From: Nemertoderma westbladi
Taxonomy: Eukaryota > Animalia > Xenacoelomorpha
Reading direction: 5' to 3'
Assembly (NCBI GenBank): GCA_032718475.1
Contig: JAUCBJ010001792.1
Coordinates: forward strand, 1-38,951
DNA length: 38,951 nt
This document shows, one piece after another, positions 35,214 through 38,951 of the stretch. Position 1 is the first letter of the stretch. The number at the start of each line of letters is the position of its first letter. The translations under genes were made by a program, and so were the position numbers. The notes under the pieces are model-generated. The model ran no database searches. It was not told where the DNA came from and saw only the letters and a list, made by a program, of their open reading frames with translations.

Positions 35214-36318
35214 AAAATGATAAAGAAAAACAGAAGTAGTTTGACGTTTACAATACCTCTGGACTAGAAGAAGATGACTACGTATCTTCTAACTGACTAT
35301 GAAATGCGAATGACCAGAAACTTAATAAAGAATTCTCCAATTTAAGATACTTTCTTATCAAGTTTAAACATGAAACTGGACATAAAAACTATTTAAGCTA
35401 TTATTTAAACTAACATAAAAACTATTTTATAAAATGGAAGACTCCAAATAATGGACTGATGGAAGACTCTGATGCTAATTTGCCGCAAGATCATATTGAC
35501 AAAATATTAGAAATACATTCATTAATATGGAATGGAATGGTATGACACAAGCAAAAGTTGTTCTACCTAAAGGACACGTTTACCAAACACATATGGGAAT
35601 GAAATCCGGTTTTACCAAATGGCTTCCGGAAATTCTGATGCACACTACATGATGAAATCTATTGAAAAATACTTGTTAGGCATTGAACTCGACAATTACG
35701 AAGACCTAAAATTTGTTTATGGCGATGATAATTTATCTTATTACTCTCTAAAAGTTATTCAACAAATTAATGATCCTTCAACATGACCATTGAACTTTAT
35801 AAAAGATTTGGATTGACTGTTAAACCTGATTCAGTCAAATCCTCGAAATTCATATCTATCTGCATGTGAATTTTTATCTAAAATACCCAGACTTACCAAA
35901 ATGGGTTTATGGTTACCATATAGAGATACAATTCAAACATTAACTAGACTCGCTTATCCTGAACGAGAGACAAGCACTGTTAACGATGAACATTTAAAAC
36001 AAATTGTCTGCTCAATGGGTTTTAGGACATAAAATCGACAATTTCTTTAATATACCAGTACGATAATTTTTCAACATGGTACTTACTTCACTTAAAGCTG
36101 AAATTGACCCTGATGCAACTTTAGACTTATCTGAATGGGCTTTTAGAGGCTATTCTGATTTTTTGAACCATGATAACTTAACTGAGGTTCCAATTAATTT
36201 ATCTGATGATGAATTTTTTTACTGTATACGCACGAATGAAACCCTGAAATTATTTTTTGTGATAAAGCTGTTTCTACGTTACCACGATATCAACCCTAGG
36301 CTTCTGATTTTAACTTAA
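35214..36318 (+). pseudogene. Endogenous dsRNA-virus-like RNA-dependent RNA polymerase (motifs A-E), frameshifted
   Basis: DANLPQDHID (A), VVLPKGHVYQTHMGMKSG..GNSDAH (B), VYGDDNL at about 35715-35735 (C), FGLTVK (D), EFLSK (E), then PYRDTIQTLTRLAYPER. Motif order and spacing are correct. Confidence 0.85.
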
Positions 36319-37246
36319 CTAAAGACATTTGTACTACTGAAGCTATATATGGTTTTATACAATATCAAAGTGAAAGACGACAAACAACTGTCAATGAAAC
36401 ACTTGACTTCCACCATTTGATATGTCATACGAAAGTCTATCAAGAAACCAAATAACGTTGAATGCATATGAATAGATTTTTGTTATGTTATCCACGTTTT
36501 AAAAGTATATACATAAATTTAATGACATGTACATATTGGTGAAATCTGTTGGCTTTATTATTAAATAAATTTACTTGAGCTTTTACCAATTTTTCATAAC
36601 CTTTAGGCCTACATCCAAAATCTCTTAAACTTTTTTCATTTCTCCAATATCGACCCGTCAGTCTAATTTAAGAGTAACCCGGATATTTGATAAAATTGTT
36701 ATTGCCTTACCAACCATTAGTTACTAACAGTCTCTTGTTTAGCTTGTATAGTAACATTTGCACCCCCCCCCCCCCCCCCCACCGCCCCTTCCCCTGATCA
36801 ACCTTCACCCCATGACATACAGTACTACTTCCACCCGCCCAACACTCCCAGACAATACATTGGGCTATACTAGCCCCGCTATTGCTCATTGTATTGTCAC
36901 TACCTACCGCATAATATGTATTTATTATTATTATATGACATAGAACCTGAATAATTATCATTTATTGTATAATATGTGCAATGTGAATATCGGATTACCT
37001 TAAACTTAATTAAACTTAATGTTGTAGAATAACTACAGTAGATTCCAACATTTCAAATTTGCTTAACGGTATTAATATTAACAGCATTGTTATCATTAAA
37101 TCTGTCATTTAAAATTTAAAAAAAAAAAATTAATTAATATAAGGTACTTGTTCAAATCATATCAGATCATTACAAATTAAAATACATTGCGTTGATTTAA
37201 ATAAACAATGAGTCACAATACATGTACTGTACAGTATTGCCTGAAG

Positions 37247-37611
37247 CTTTCAGCCATTACTGCATTTCTATCAATACAAGTATTGGCTGATTACACAGAT
37301 ATTGGCCTGTTGACTGATTTACTGTAAGCTACCATAGGACATTGATGATAAAGATCAGGAAGTATCAGGAGTTAATTGATTGGCAACCAGTCCGAGAACA
37401 GCCGCTTTCCTTAAAGAAGTCGGGAGCCAATCTTTCAGCCATTACTGCATTTCTATCAATACAAGTATTGGCTGATTACACAGATATTGGCCTGTTGACT
37501 GATTTTCTGTAAGCTACCATAGGACATTGATGATAAAGATCAGGAAGTATCAGGAGTTAATTGATTGGCAACCGGTCCGAGAACAGCCGCTTTCCTTAAA
37601 GAAGTCGGGAG
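37247..37611 (+). repeat. Tandem duplication, 2 x 180 bp (period 185)
   Basis: 37247-37426 matches 37432-37611. Confidence 0.95.
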
Positions 37612-37759
37612 GAGGCTCCACGCCAACACACATGAGCCCCGTTCTCATCGCTTCTTACTACAGCGTATCCTGATAGCTATCCTGATCAGAAACACGGCTT
37701 CGATATTGGGAACAAGCGAATCACAAACTGAAAGCCTCTACGATATTTTAGAGGTGTAG
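37570..37759 (+). mobile_element. CRE-like retrotransposon 3' end
   Basis: GPRTAAFLKEVGRRL...FLLQRILIAILIRNTASILGT matches the typical REL C-terminus. Confidence 0.75.
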
Positions 37760-38095
37760 TGTAGGTGCAGCTTCAGTCAGATTGGTGCTTTACAGAAGCT
37801 CTCATAATAACATTTTACTTTAGTTCTCATGTTTTTATATTATTTTTAAATCATTTTAATTAACTTTGATACAACTAATAGTTAGGAAATTAATGTAACA
37901 TTGCTGTTGAATTTTAAATACCGGTACAGTTTTAATTTCTTTTTAATTTCAGTTTGAACTTCCCGCTTATTTTATCTGTTTGATGTTAAACGAACGGATG
38001 AAGTGGTAGGCATTCACCAGCGGCAGCATAGTGTAAAGATGATAAAAAATAAAGTATTGAGGGTCTTTAGCTGGTTATATTATATTAGATAAAGA

Positions 38096-38143
38096 TACAA
38101 TAGTAAACGTTTTCGACCTACCGGTCTGCATCAGACTATGTAC
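38096..38143 (-). ncRNA. Minimal type I hammerhead-like motif in the Penelope 3' region
   Basis: Minus strand ATAGT-CTGATGCA-GACC-GGTA-GGTC-GAAA-ACGTTT-ACTAT. Palindromic minimal stem III. The core deviates from CUGANGA. Confidence 0.68.
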
Positions 38144-38643
38144 TGGCAACTAACAGGAAAAGGTGGGGTCTATATATATATATATTAAGTTTTAAAGGGG
38201 AATACCTGATAGGTGAATCCCAGAAAGGTTAACGTATATGTATGTACTGTATAACGTAAGGTAATTGTGATAGGGAAAGTACAGCGAGTTAGTTGTAAGC
38301 TGTCAATCTAAAGTACAAATATAGGGTTGCAGGTTGGGTTATAAGGTTGGGAGAAGTTGATAGGGAAATCCCAGGAATGGTCATGTGTCTACATACTGAA
38401 TGGTATAATTGGATTAGGTAGGTTACATAGGATTATGAGGTATCTACTTAAAGCGCACGGTTAGGTAGAATGCAACATAATGATAGCTGTAATTTTTACA
38501 GAGTAAGAAATCACAAGAAACAGAAAAAACCAAGACAAAAACAAAAAAGAAGGTCGGGGAAAAGCACATAAAGCCCCGGAAATTCGCTATAGAGGGCACT
38601 GTAGTTGTGTAAGATATAGAATGTATTATATAAAACATTGGGT

Positions 38644-38951
38644 TTAGATTGCTGGTCTTGCTACGTTAAGTGGGGGGTTGTATGTATAGATTAGGTTAGC
38701 TTCCGTCGCTAGTAGTTCGGGTATGTTTGTGAATTGTTTTATGGTTGCGGTGCGTAGATTTTCTAAACCACAACCGTATATGTGCCTAGCTAGGAGTATG
38801 TCTTCGTGTGTTTTTCCGTCATTGGCTCGTGAGGGGTAGTGTCGTATGTTGTTGCGGTGTCCATTAAAGCGTTCGTGAAGTTTCTGTCTCGTTTGGCCTA
38901 TGTAGTATAGAGTAGGGTGGCAGTGGCACCAGGCCAAGTAACATACAGTGT
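38644..38951 (-). mobile_element. Penelope-like element, GIY-YIG endonuclease C-terminus (continues beyond the window)
   Basis: VCYLAWCHC...YYIGQT...ERFNGH...LARH...EANLIYTYNPPLN. The downstream hammerhead supports the call. Confidence 0.85.

Overview
AT-rich eukaryotic (probably invertebrate animal) genomic DNA that is mostly decayed mobile elements. The only apparently intact host gene is a minus-strand rhodopsin-class GPCR with three visible exons (10496-10305, 9347-9169, 376-<1). Its 8.8-kb second intron holds an RTE-like LINE (with a tRNA-SINE inside it) and an internally deleted THAP/P-type transposon. The rest holds CRE, CR1/L2, RTE and Penelope retroelement fragments, Harbinger, hAT and piggyBac remnants, and two copies of a block pairing a fibrinogen-domain pseudogene with viral sequence. 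Four items stand out. (1) An endogenous dsRNA-virus RdRp (Durnavirales-like) split between the two copies. (2) Its N-terminal half, interrupted by a TTAA-inserted piggyBac-type element, is amplified as a 1.65-kb tandem array. (3) A 2.1-kb apparently non-coding insertion with a perfect 13-bp TSD whose first nucleotide starts an HDV-like ribozyme fold. (4) Hammerhead ribozymes: a retrozyme-like tandem at 12.1-12.7 kb and a Penelope-associated one at 38.1 kb. All family calls rest on manual translation and motif recognition; no searches were run.
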